Source of the DNA: Vitrella brassicaformis CCMP3155
Lineage: Eukaryota; Protista; Chromerida
Direction: 5' to 3'
Assembly (NCBI GenBank): GCA_001179505.1
Contig: CDMY01000323.1
Span: 57,076 to 121,075, forward strand
DNA length: 64,000 nucleotides
This document shows positions 11,102-22,434 of this stretch, one piece after another. A program made the position numbers and the translations under genes. The notes under the pieces are model-generated. The model was not told the origin of the DNA. It searched no databases and saw nothing but the letters and a program-made list of their open reading frames with translations. Numbering within the stretch: the first letter of the stretch is position 1; every line of letters starts with the position of its first letter.

Positions 11102-14100
11102 TTACGAAACTACGTATGCTGCCGCTCCCAGTGCGGTGATGAGTGTAAGGATGAAAGGGCTGTTCCCTTTGCTCATCGCTGCAGACTCCGTCGTCTCGTC
11201 CTGCCATCCTGGCATGAGCTGTACCACGTGTCAAAAATCCACGTGTGTGCCGGTGTATTGTCAACACGTGCTCATGTATGTGCGTACCGCTCTGTATTCC
11301 TCGAGTTCGTCAAGAGGCGGCACCCACACGCGATCCACCAGAAGCAGATGGCCGTTTTCACAAACACTCAGAAGAGCATCGGCACACAGATCGTGCTGCA
11401 TACATTCATGTGTCACATGTGCATGCTCGCGCTCATGCACGTGTGTATGTATCATCGTGTCCTGTGTTGGCTGATACCTTCGTGATGACCGCTTGGCCCA
11501 AGTCGAAATCCGTGTACTTGACCTCGGGTGCCTCTCCTTCCGCTCCTTTTTTTTTCTCGTTGTATTTGACCTTGTTCATGCGGACACACACATATACAAG
11601 CCTGATTACGTGAAAATGCCGCCAGTCTGTCTCTGTGCCATACCTCAACGTAGGTCATGTTGTTCGTCTCCGTCTCGTTGCCGGTGGGCGTAGCGGTGGT
11701 TCTTATCCCCGCACACACCTTTGTGTATATTGTGTTGTTGAGTGGGTCGCCAATGAGGTTCAAGAGTGTGTGGCCTGTCAGGCAATTGTCGTCGTCGTCG
11801 GCGGCCTCAGTGATGTTGCCAAAGTCGTGTGCGTCATATCCTGACAGCCGACGAGCCTCTCTCGCGCTAATGAGCATCAGCGTTTCGTATGGTGACAGCC
11901 GGCGGGTTCCTGGCGGGCCCTGCGTGCTCGGATTCGAGCTCGGATTCGAGCTCGGATTCGGGCTTGGGCTTGGGCTTGGGCTCGGCGTGTCATCCCCAAG
12001 GTCCGTGTTATCCCCTGGCTCAGTGTCATTCACCGGCTCACTCACAACAATGTGAGCAAGGAAGATCGGGATGAAGGGGTTCAGTGGGGTCGTGTTAGTA
12101 GTATTTTCGTTTTTCTTTGTCATGGTAATATTGGTCGCGTTTTCGAGCATTCGCTCATAGGTGCCATTGCCTAAGTCCTCCCACGCTGAAAAAGAAATTC
12201 GGGAGAGAAGTAAAAGACGTACACAGGCCTTCGTACCGCGGTTCGTTGGGGCGAAGAACGTTATGTTCTTTCTGTTGAATCTGTTCTTAGCGCCTTCAGT
12301 CTCCAGCTCCGTCCAACTGCTGTCGAGCAGCTTGAGAATATACCTGGACAGTTAAACAGACCCCGTTGTATCACAGTAACAAGACACTCGCAGCAGCTGC
12401 ACCGACTTTCCAATCTGGTCAATCTCCATTTCACTATCGATGTTCAGCGTGTCGATTGCTGCCTTTGTTTTGAGCAGCTCGTCATCCTGAAAGAACGCAT
12501 GGCTCCGCATTGGTAGACGAAGGTATCCATGTACTCGTAACATCTAACTTACATCCTCCATGATAATTTGGCGGACATACAGGCCAGGAGGAGGAGGATC
12601 GACAGCGCTATAGAATGACGGATACCAGGACGGCGTGTGACCTGTATACGCATGTACTTGCATACTCGGACACTCAAGCCCCTGCACGGAACAACATGCC
12701 ATTCGATGCTCGGGTGAAGGTTCATATTTCCCTTTAGTATCACCAGTAGCCCGCTGGTGCAGTTTGTCTCGATTTCACAGTCATTGTGTTCAGCCTCCAC
12801 TTCACCTAGGCCTTCCACGTCCACCACCATTTTGAACTTGAGGCTGATATGATGTGGATGTAGTTACGTACAGGACAGACAAAACTAGACAGGCAGTCGT
12901 TTGTGCTTTCAGCTCACCTGCCACTGTCTGGTCCGCTTACTCCCATTTCACATACTAGAGACGCATCCAGGGCCTGTTCGCTCTCCTGTGCAGCACACAA
13001 TTAGGAAGCATGCGACCAAGTAAGTCAGTCGAGTGTTTGCAATATCGACCAATTTGGATTTGTCGATTGAGAACTTGCGACCCCATAGCTCCGGGGGCTC
13101 CCACCGAGAGCCGTTAGCGATGGTAAACTCACTCGGGTAATACTTTGTGATGATGTCGCGAGCGTGTACTGTCGTGGAAGACCCCCATTCGGCTCCCGAG
13201 TAGGCATCCAGGGAGATGTTTGGACACTGGATGCCAAGTGGGTCTCAACAATGGACACAGACACACGGAACTACATATGCATTCAGAGTGGTGTCGCCAT
13301 AGGCATCCTGATTTGTTCTTTGCATCCTTGCTCTTTGTCGCTATTCTCCACCATACTTACCCGGCGAACACTCTAGCTCGATTTTGCACTTCCGTTGCCC
13401 CTCCATCTTGCCCAACCCCTCGACAAACGTCTCGAAGTCAAACTGTACGCTGACAGTCACGACACAATGAATAGCCAGGTTTGGGATTCATCGCATGTAA
13501 CTTACGTGTGATTGACCGCATGTAACTTACGTGTGATTGACAGGTTCAGTAGGGCACTCATCCCCCACTGGAAACCTCACGCCTATTGTGATTGTGCCAT
13601 CAGTTTCCTGCCGTGTACAAATGCCCAGCAGTATGTAGCTGTATGTATTGTCAGCAACACTCACGAAGGAAGACGTGTCATTGACGATAAAGCTTGAATA
13701 TTCCCCCACATTTATGATTCTCACGACCTCGATAGTGATGTTCGCCAGATCGATCTTTCCCTTGCCCTGCTGGAAGAAGTCCTCCAGTACGACGAAGGTC
13801 TCATTCTTGTAGGTCAGCGCTCCATGATGGTTAGTGTACTTGAGCCGGTCACGAGAACGGCACTTCAGTGGGAGGGCTGGAACCTCTACTGGCTCCTCTT
13901 CCTCCGGCACCTCTTCTGGGGGATCTTTGTACGTTCCTACAGTCCGCCATAGATACGAACAGACAAATTTGAACTCTCTTATTGTGTTCCTCTCTTGTTG
14001 TTTTCCGCTCTTATTGATCCTCCACTCTATCAATCCGCTGACCAATGCATTCAGTCTCGACTTCGCACCTTTGCCTGTCTACCACAGGTCCGATACCCTC

Positions 14101-14933
14101 CACGAACGCACGAAAGTTGAAATAGAGCCTGAACAGGCGTATAAAACTCAAAACACGTCTGTCTTTGTCGTGTCATCATTGGCATACTCTTGCGGCTTCG
14201 TTTCTTCAATCGCGTTTTTGTTGCACACCAGAGTCATGTCGGCTGTTTTCTGGCTCGCCTGCACACAGGGCGCATGCATCCAACATGCAAATTTTTCGAA
14301 TGCACGATCGTGTGCTGACCATCAGTCTGTCATCCAACTCCAGCGTCCTGGCGGAACCCAGCCCGGGAATCGGCACCGGGCTGCCAGATGGAGCCGCTGC
14401 AGGGTCTCTATATTCTGCCTTCCATGGTTGGGCACCACGCGGCAACTGTCCGTCGCATTCTTTGTTCAGGCAGAGTCTCAGGTCTGTCACTTCGATTGCC
14501 GACGCCGACACTGAATACAGTAAACAGTTCCCCACACCGCACTAATGTCTGCCTGTACCCCTGTTCGCCCACCGTGTGCTTTGTCAGGGTCGATGAAGTC
14601 GTTATGAGAATGCAGCCTCAGGGGTCCGATGGGAATCGGCGGTGGGGTACTTGGCAGCGGACCTTCTGTAGACGGTGATATTGAGCTACTCGGGGCCTCC
14701 TCGGTCGTACTCGTGGGGGGTTCCGAGGGGTCCTCGGTCGTTGAACTTCCCGTGGAAGAAACCAGGAGGAGCTGCACAGTGTACCCCGCACAGTGCCGGG
14801 ATAGAACCATCAGTAGTACACAAACCCATTCATTCATTCAGCAATAGTCAATCAGTCAACAACTAATCGTCCTTTGTGGGCCACTCACGGTGGAGAGCAA
14901 GGTGGAGAGAAGGAGTCGAAGCACGGCGCACAT
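11102..14933 (-). CDS. GPI-anchored surface protein with a C-terminal fasciclin (FAS1) domain; multi-exon
   Basis: Spliced signal MCAVLRLLLSTLLST|LLLVSSTGS and a Ser/Thr/Pro stalk. FAS1 H1 motif NITFFAPTNR|AWEDL, FLAHIV, and H2-like ENGHLLLVDRVWVP. Hydrophobic C-terminus SAAMSKGNSPFILTLITALGAAAYVVS*. Confidence 0.75.
13492..13541. repeat. 25-bp perfect tandem duplication spanning a splice donor
   Basis: CGCATGTAACTTACGTGTGATTGAC x2; on the minus strand this reads ...CACAC|GTAAGT twice. Confidence 0.9.
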
Positions 14934-15268
14934 CGTGGGCTTGCTTTTTCGTCGGAGGGGAGGGAGTACAAGTGGAACCCAAATGCGATCTCGTTTTGGG
15001 GGACGGGACGGTGGTTGAATGGACCGTCGGGTGGGTCGCCGTTCTGGATGGCGGACACCATGCAGCAGGGAGGTGCCCTTGGTGGGCGTCTGGTACGCCG
15101 CCGCCACTCGCTCCTGCCGCTGCTAGCCGCTGCTGTCGTACGCCGCCGCCATGACGCGCAGGCAGCATCATCAGCTGGGCCAGTGGCGGTCACCGCATGG
15201 CTGGAGAGCTGGGTGAGGTAGTTAGTGAGGGCATCTCGCAGCGGTGGCCCATCATCCGGCTACCCATC

Positions 15269-16519
15269 ATGGCCCTTCTTGTCCCTCTCTTGGTTCTCGT
15301 GTCTGCCGGCCTGGCCACAGGCTGCGAAGTGAGCTTCATCCACGGGTATGCAGACAGCTACACACACGAGACGAAGGGGCCGCCGGCGGCAAGATCAGAG
15401 TCGAACATCTCCACGGCTTCGAGCTGATCGACGAGCTCGTCTTTCATCCGACAGGCACTCGACCCGCAGGGCACGATGCAGGCGGAGACATCACAGGCCG
15501 AGACAAGCAAGGCAGGGAAAGGGCGCACCAAGAAGAAGGCCAAAAAGAAGTGCGTTGGATGTGTGTGGGGGTCCATTCGACGGTCAGAGATCATTGGATC
15601 AATCGCACATGGGATGCTCCACACATCGGTTCAATGCATGGCAGATCCGGTCCATCAATCAGCGCATACATACGGTATATACGAGTTCAGAGGGCGGCGT
15701 GTGTGTCTGGGTGTTTTCGATGAGTTTGATGAGAACGAAGAACGCATCAAAAAACGGTGCGGGGAAGGAAAGGTGTGCGTTGCACACATGACGAGTGAAT
15801 GAGAAAAGGAATGAGACATACAAGCTGATGCGTGGATTACGCTGACATGTGTCTCTCGCCTTGTATACACGCAGCTGCCGTCAAGGCTAAGAAACGAGAG
15901 CAAGAGCAAGAGCTGCAAAGTCACACCTTCTGATAACTCACATGCATTTACCGAAAGACCCGCCCCTCACTTTCGGTCAGCAGATGATGTTTTTTGTTTG
16001 TAGATGCATGGAACAAGTCAGCCTGCCTGTTGTCTTAAGCGTGGGCAGAGAGAAAAATACCAAGCGCGAAATACAAGGACGGGATCGCCATGGGCGCCAA
16101 TGGGTGTGGTGTGTATGGTCTGGTGTGTGGTGTTTGGTGTGTTGTGTGTGGCCACCACGCAGGTTGTTTCCGCGACCCGAGTGGTCGGTTCATCGATGTG
16201 CGTCCGCGTGAGGGCCGCCTGTGTTACGACGACATGATGAAGAAGACCGAGCGAGAGCTGGCAGAGATGCTCGTAGAGGCAGGCCATCCAGAAGCAGCAG
16301 CAGGAACTCGAGACCTCACCGCACGACAAGAGCACCACCAAGAAAGCACTCAAAGAGGTAGGTGGGGTGGGTCGGGGCAGCCACACACGCACACACACAG
16401 ACAGAGGCTGGCTGGAGCGATTTGGTTGGCATGGTGTGAATGAAATGAATATCATGTGGGTGCGTGTGTTGCAGGAGTTGGCAGCGGCCAAGAGGGTGCT
16501 GGACAGCGCCAAAGAGTGA
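15269..16519 (+). CDS. Small secreted hypothetical protein; multi-exon, exon model tentative
   Basis: Signal MALLVPLLVLVSAGLATG. Exon-like pieces IRVEHLHGFELIDELVFHP..., GCFRDPSGRFIDVRPREGRLCYDDMMKK..., ELAAAKRVLDSAKE*. Confidence 0.45.
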
Positions 16520-17171
16520 CGGACGGTATGTGATGTGCCGGTGTTCAAGCCATGTGGCTTAAACACGCAAATGATACATGAGTCGCGTCCCTGTATGGTC
16601 GAATGGTGCACAACACGTGGCACAACCTCACGACACTTGACGGAAAAGTTGCCACTGCATATGTTCCTACGCTCATTTGTGACACGCGCCGACACCAAAG
16701 GCAACAGGCAGCAATGCAGGAGGGATGCAGCCAGTCAGTCAGTCAGTCGCTGCCAACCACAGCTTGGTAGTCTGTGAGGGAGACAGCTTGCTTTAGATGC
16801 GTGTGGACATGTCAGCATGTACACCCGTCGCGACTAGATTAGATTAAGCCATGTAGTCAGTCAGGTACCTGTGTGAAAGCACGCACACACATCATGCTGC
16901 TGCTGCTGCTGCTGCTGTAAGCAATATGTCATCGGCCAAACAAACTGACGGTGCCCATGTCTATACGGCCTGGAGGGTGCAGACTACAGGACACACACAG
17001 AGGGAGAAAGGCACACAAATGAAAGCGACGTGCACCACTAGTCCTATAATTGTCACTCTGCACATGCCGCTGCACAATGCTGTGCGAGCACTAAAGCACC
17101 CACCGACCCACCCACCGACGTACACGATATGAATTGCATATACACGCTCACCCAATGCCTGCGGCACGCCC

Positions 17172-20107
17172 TCACTGCTCTGTAGCCGTCCAATCGGCCT
17201 GCTCTGACACAAGAATGTCGAGGTCATCGTCAATGTCGACGCGAAGAAAGCCCTCCGTCTCCTCGTGATCGTCGCGTGGATGGCTACCATCACCCTTGCC
17301 CTCATCATTGCGATTAGTGCCCTTTCCCTTGGCGCGGTGATGCCTCCTGTCCCCCTTGCCGGTCTTCTCTCGCTTTTCGTGACTGCTGTCGTCAACGTCG
17401 TTACCCTTCCCCCTGTGGCTCCCTCTTCCCCTCCTCCCTCTATCGTGGCTGCTGTTCCCATCCTCTCTGTCACTCTGCTTGCCGTCACTACTGTCCTCGT
17501 CGTGTGGGTCGCCTTCCTCCCTGGGCGCCTCTGTGGGCGGCTCCTCCTCGACGACGGCTGGCGGCTCGGTTGGCGGCTCGTCCTTCAGTTTCTTGATTTT
17601 GCGGGTCTCCTCCAATGCTGCCACGCCGTTGATGAAGCCGTAACCTGCCATACACGCAGAAAGGAGAAGGGCAGCGAGGGACATCTTGTTGTGACCGATC
17701 CGACAGGAAGAGTGCGTGCCGTTCATCCATTCCTGCCTGTTCTGAAGTCAAAACCCGTGTCGAACCCCTCCGTATCAGGATCGTCCATGTCCGTCGCTGT
17801 TGACGTGAGAATCTCAGCAATCTGCAGCGAATGAGGGCAGTCGCTCATGTGTCTGTCTTCACTTTTCGCTCTTCGAACCTCATCTACTGTCAGCGAGGGG
17901 TCGATCTGGAGCATCAGTGCACCGATGCCCGCGGCATGAGGGGCGGCGGCACTGGTACCTGAAGGCCCACAGACGCACACAGGAACTCACACACTGCCTG
18001 CCTGCCGACAGCCGTGACCCACCGAAGAAGTTGGGGTGTGAGTTGTTGTTCTTGTCCTTGCCGAAGAAGGTATTCGATCCGCCATCAGGTGCGATGATGT
18101 CGGGCTTCCGGCGTATCTCGACCATTTTCTTGCGGTTGCCGTCGATGTCGAATGCAATGGGCACGGGATAGCTGGACGAGAAGCTGTTGACCTTGGGCGG
18201 GTAGGTGCCGTAGGCGGGCGTGTTGTTGAAGAAGGCCGCCCCCACGGCGATGCATCCGTTGGCATTCGAGTGGCCGTATCCCGTGCCGCTCTTGGTGTCG
18301 TAGGCCGTCAGCTCACCCTTGCCACGCATGACGTACTTGACGATCGACGGCGGCTTCGGGCCAGCTCTGAATGCAAAAGACTCGGAGGGCGGGGCATTCC
18401 CAGGGCCTGTTACCGTAACCAACCAACCAACCTACCTACCTGAACTCGATGGCGATGTAGAAGAGCTCGTCGGGCCGCCCATCGCCGTCGGCATCATACT
18501 CACCGGTGTTCTTGAACTCGATCAGCTCCATCGGATCGGCGCCGATGTTGTCGTTGGCCGCCATCGTCAGGACGTTTGCTTTGGAATCGAGCAGCATGAT
18601 GTCCAGGTCGCTTGCAGAGCCGGGGGGACCGCTCACTGTACACACAAGGAGGGATGGAGGTCGTGAGAGGCAATGGGTCTCCCTCTGTTTGGGCACACAG
18701 AGGATACTGACCTGAGAAAGATGGCTCGTCCCACGAGAATGCGGCGACGAATGAGCTGTTGACGGTGATGTTGATCGGCTGCATCTCGACGGGCTCCTTG
18801 TCTGGGTCAGGCTCGAAATTGTGCAACCACCCGCCAAATATGCCTTCGTACGTCGAGTTGCGCCACGCGCTCTCGTAGCTGCGGCTGCCATAGTTGCCGG
18901 CAGAACCAAAGTACGCCACACCCATCTCACGCACCTTGTCGATCGCCTGCGCAATGATGCCTGCATACCCAGTACGGCACGTTTCTTAAAGATGGATGGC
19001 TGAAGTCAGACGTGCAGGTGTTGGCCGACCGTCTTGAAACATCGGCTCCGCAAAGTATCTGACGTCATCCACCAGGATCCGGGCGTCGGCTTCTGTCACC
19101 AGCTTGATGATGCCTTGGGCGAAGCGTGCCTGCCCTCCGAAGGCTGTGTGGAAGGCCATGCGCGCGCCAGGGGCCACGTCGTACCTGCGTAGATGTCATA
19201 CAGATACACACCCACACCCACACAGAGATGTATGCTGTGCCCGCCGTTCGCGCATCTGCACACCTACAGTATTTGCATCATGGCGCGGCCCTCGTCTGAC
19301 CCCGGGGTGCCGCCGTCAATCACAAGAATGTCCTTTGGCATGTCGCCATTGGCCACATCCTCAGTGTAGTCACTCGCAGGTGTCCCGAACCCATCTGTGT
19401 TGAAATTGTTGAAGGTGTCGGAGAGGAAGCCGACGGTCGTGCCAGTGCCTGTCAGGCCGCCTCGCTTCTTCCTCTGCTCGGCCGTAATGAGGTCCTCGAC
19501 GCCCAGGGACTTGATGCCCTCCGATGTTACGGCGCCCTTGTGCGTCTCGGCAGCAGCGGCGCGGACGAAGTTGAGTGTGGATATGCTGGAGAGGGCACCG
19601 ATGGCCGCCACCGGGAGGTGGCCCGACACCAACCGGCCGAAACTGACCATGTCTTTCATGCCCAGCTCCTCAAGATCGCGCATCAGTGTCTCCACATCCC
19701 CAGAGGCCACGGCATCGACAGTTACCAAACCTGGGAAGCGACCACACACACAGATGACAGCAATTGTCAGATGGATGGTTGGCGGACTCTCTTTCTCTCT
19801 CCTGTGTGTGTTACCGTCGTTGACTTTGATGAGGTCGGCGTGTCCGCCTGTGATGACTGCCTGTGCTGCCGCGGCCCTGCCCACATTGCTGCTCTGGACC
19901 TGGCCGAATGACGACAGCTCAAAGACGTCCATTAGCATCCCATCGACAGGGCCCATCGACCGCCCCCGCCTGTCGTACATGAGCTCACTGGCACGCAGGC
20001 CCTCACTCGGCTCCCCACACGTCACAAGGACGCCCAACATGGAATGTGAGAGCAGAAGGAGGGCCAGGGTGGGCGAGGGGGGCAAGCGGCGAGGGGACTG
20101 CCGCCAT
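17172..20107 (-). CDS. Bacterial-type subtilase/sedolisin-like serine protease with prodomain and charged low-complexity C-terminal tail
   Basis: GTGTTVGFLSD (Asp), SDEGRAM (Glu at the His position), HDVAPGARMAFHTA, YFGSAGN, KPDIIAPDG, GTSAAAPHAAG (Ser). About 9 GT-AG introns. The start codon is uncertain. Confidence 0.85.
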
Positions 20108-20397
20108 CGTCGACGAAGGCGTTGCCGTTCTGCTTCTGCGCTGCGGACAGACCGCTGCGGAGGGGCAAACGTCGGTGCCACACATCTTCGTACGTGGCCA
20201 CCTTCCTGCCGACAACTTGGCTCTGTGGTCGTAGTTGCGTTGCGGCGTCTAGCAACCGTGCTTCCGTCGCTGCCACCTCTACAATCGTCGTATGCGGACT
20301 TCATAGGATAGGAAATGAAATAGCAGTACAAAAATAATAATTGTACAAGAAGCGAGGGCGCTGTACGACAGAGCTCAGGCTGGCGCAGCTTCGAGAG

Positions 20398-21165
20398 ATG
20401 GACTCTCACCTGGCTCATCCGCCCTACGATGGCCGTCCGCAGCGTCTTGTCGCCTGGTGGAATGTGCTCCATCCCGACTTCCCGCCCATGACGTTCAACG
20501 CCGCCCAGGAACTGACCGGCGTCATTGCACAGCTGAGTACCTCGCTCAGCGTTGCCTCAGAACAGGGAGAGAGCAGGAGGAGGGTGGTTCGCTTCAACTA
20601 CTTCATTCCAGCCCTTGCCGAACTGCTCATACGTCGCCCACACAGGGCCCTTCACCTTCTCTGGGGGAAGAAAGCCATTGTCAACTACGGCTTTGTGGTG
20701 CGCGACGCCAATGACACTATCCTGTGGCCGCCTTCATCTGCGTGGCTGCCTGTTTCTGTCCATTCCGCAGGCTTGTGACGTCCCCCTTCGGATCACCGAC
20801 GAGCTCCGGGAAATTCTCTCGGCCGGTCTCAAGACTGCCGATATGATGTACGTCGGCACGTCCCACAGCAGCGTAAAGGGGGCGGGTCCGCCACCCGAGA
20901 ACCGGTACGAGCCAGAATTGATCCCTCACACCCTCTCTGCTCTCTGTCGACCTGTGTTTTGAATGTATGTAGCATGACTGAGTATTTGGATGAGGCCATT
21001 CAGTTCGCCAACGACGTCTTGCACACCGAGATCAGCCTGGCGACCAAGTGGAGGGACGCACGGCCGCTGGCCTGGCTGCTGTCTGCCATCGAGTTTTATA
21101 TCGACGACGTCCAGACACCGACCTCGAGGGACGCACCGAGGCGTGCCTCCGCGAGAGAGAGATGA
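20398..21165 (+). CDS. Hypothetical protein; about 3 exons
   Basis: ORF pieces 20341..20778, about 20770-20850 and 20959..21165 can be joined at GT/AG sites. No family recognised. Confidence 0.45.
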
Positions 21166-21320
21166 TACAGGACATTCCACAAGACTAGCGATGGCCAAAG
21201 ATCATGGGCGGCCTTCGCCAGCATGATCTGGTGGGTGAGTGAAGACATGTGTGGCGACATTGAATCACATGTGTGCCCCTTCCTCAGACCACCGGAGGCC
21301 TGTACGAGACGAAGGCGTCG

Positions 21321-22033
21321 ATGGATGAGCTGCTGCACGCACAGACGGCCACGGGGTTCCCGGTAGGGACAAAGCGAGCCACGACAACCGATGGAAGCAT
21401 GTGCTGTTGCTTGTCAGTGGCCGCTTGTCGCACGCAACCTGAGGAATGGTCAGCTGTCCAGCAGCCAGTCATGCCACCAGTACGCCGTCGAGAAGGGGGT
21501 GGGGGTGGAAAACGACAAGGAGCAGCGGGAAGCCGAGTGGCGGACGGCCGTCGATTTGACGACCGCTGCGACTGGCAAGCTCATCGATGACTTCATCGCT
21601 GGCACCCGGCCCGCTGACATGGAGAGGCAAGTATTTACGTCTCGCGCTGCTTCGTCTATTGACTGTGATGGTGTGTGTGTGTGCAGCGATCAACCCGACT
21701 GGCTACGGTCGTTTCAGGCTGAAAGGACGAGGGCACGTGGGTGGTCCGAGAACGAGGACAAGCGGCTGCTCGAGCTCTCTAGCGTCATGGAGAACGCCAC
21801 CGGCGCCATCAGGTAAGTCGCTGATGTCTGGTCGACTTCTTCGCTCGCCGGTATCTGCTTTGCATGTGCGCAGTTATGACGACCTGCGCCGTGACATGGC
21901 CGCCGAGGGTTATACGCGTGAGGAGAAGTCCTTCCTGACCAAGCTGCAAGGTCTCGGGTGCCGTAGCGGTCAGAAATGGAGCGATGCAGACGTGCAGCAA
22001 CTCCTCGACGGATGGCAGACAGCACCATTATGA
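21321..22033 (+). CDS. Small protein with a Myb/SANT (trihelix-like) motif
   Basis: Spliced sequence GWSENEDKRLLEL...YDDLRRDMAAEGYTREEKSFLTKLQGL, followed by a second W-x-DADVQQLL start. Confidence 0.5.
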
Positions 22034-22434
22034 CAACGTTCCAGTGATGGCCAAAATCACGACCTGCATTAACCGGAACACTCGTCTGTGTGTCCGTGAC
22101 ACTCATAAATGAATACAGTCCCATGAGCACGCAGAGTCAAACAGGTTCAAGGGGAGAAGGAAGCATAAGACGGCCCGCCGCTTCCAACGAGGGGCAAAAA
22201 GACGCATGAGTGTGTGGATTGGTGGCTCGAATAAATTGATTGGAGAGCACCAAAATACACACACCTCTACCTGACTGTCTGTTACCGCCTGTTAGCGAGG
22301 AGTGGGCCAAGTGTAGTAGCTTGGTTGGTTGGTTATTGTGTTTAACGAACCACCCCGGAGGGGATTGAGGGAAGAAGGCGGACTGTGCCATTATTTCCTG
22401 TTGTTTCGGCACCGCTTGCGCTAAACCTCGAAGT

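Noticed and set aside
17265-17834. Hydrophobic plus-strand ORF (and many similar antisense ORFs)
   Set aside because: It is the antisense shadow of the charged C-terminal exon of the protease.
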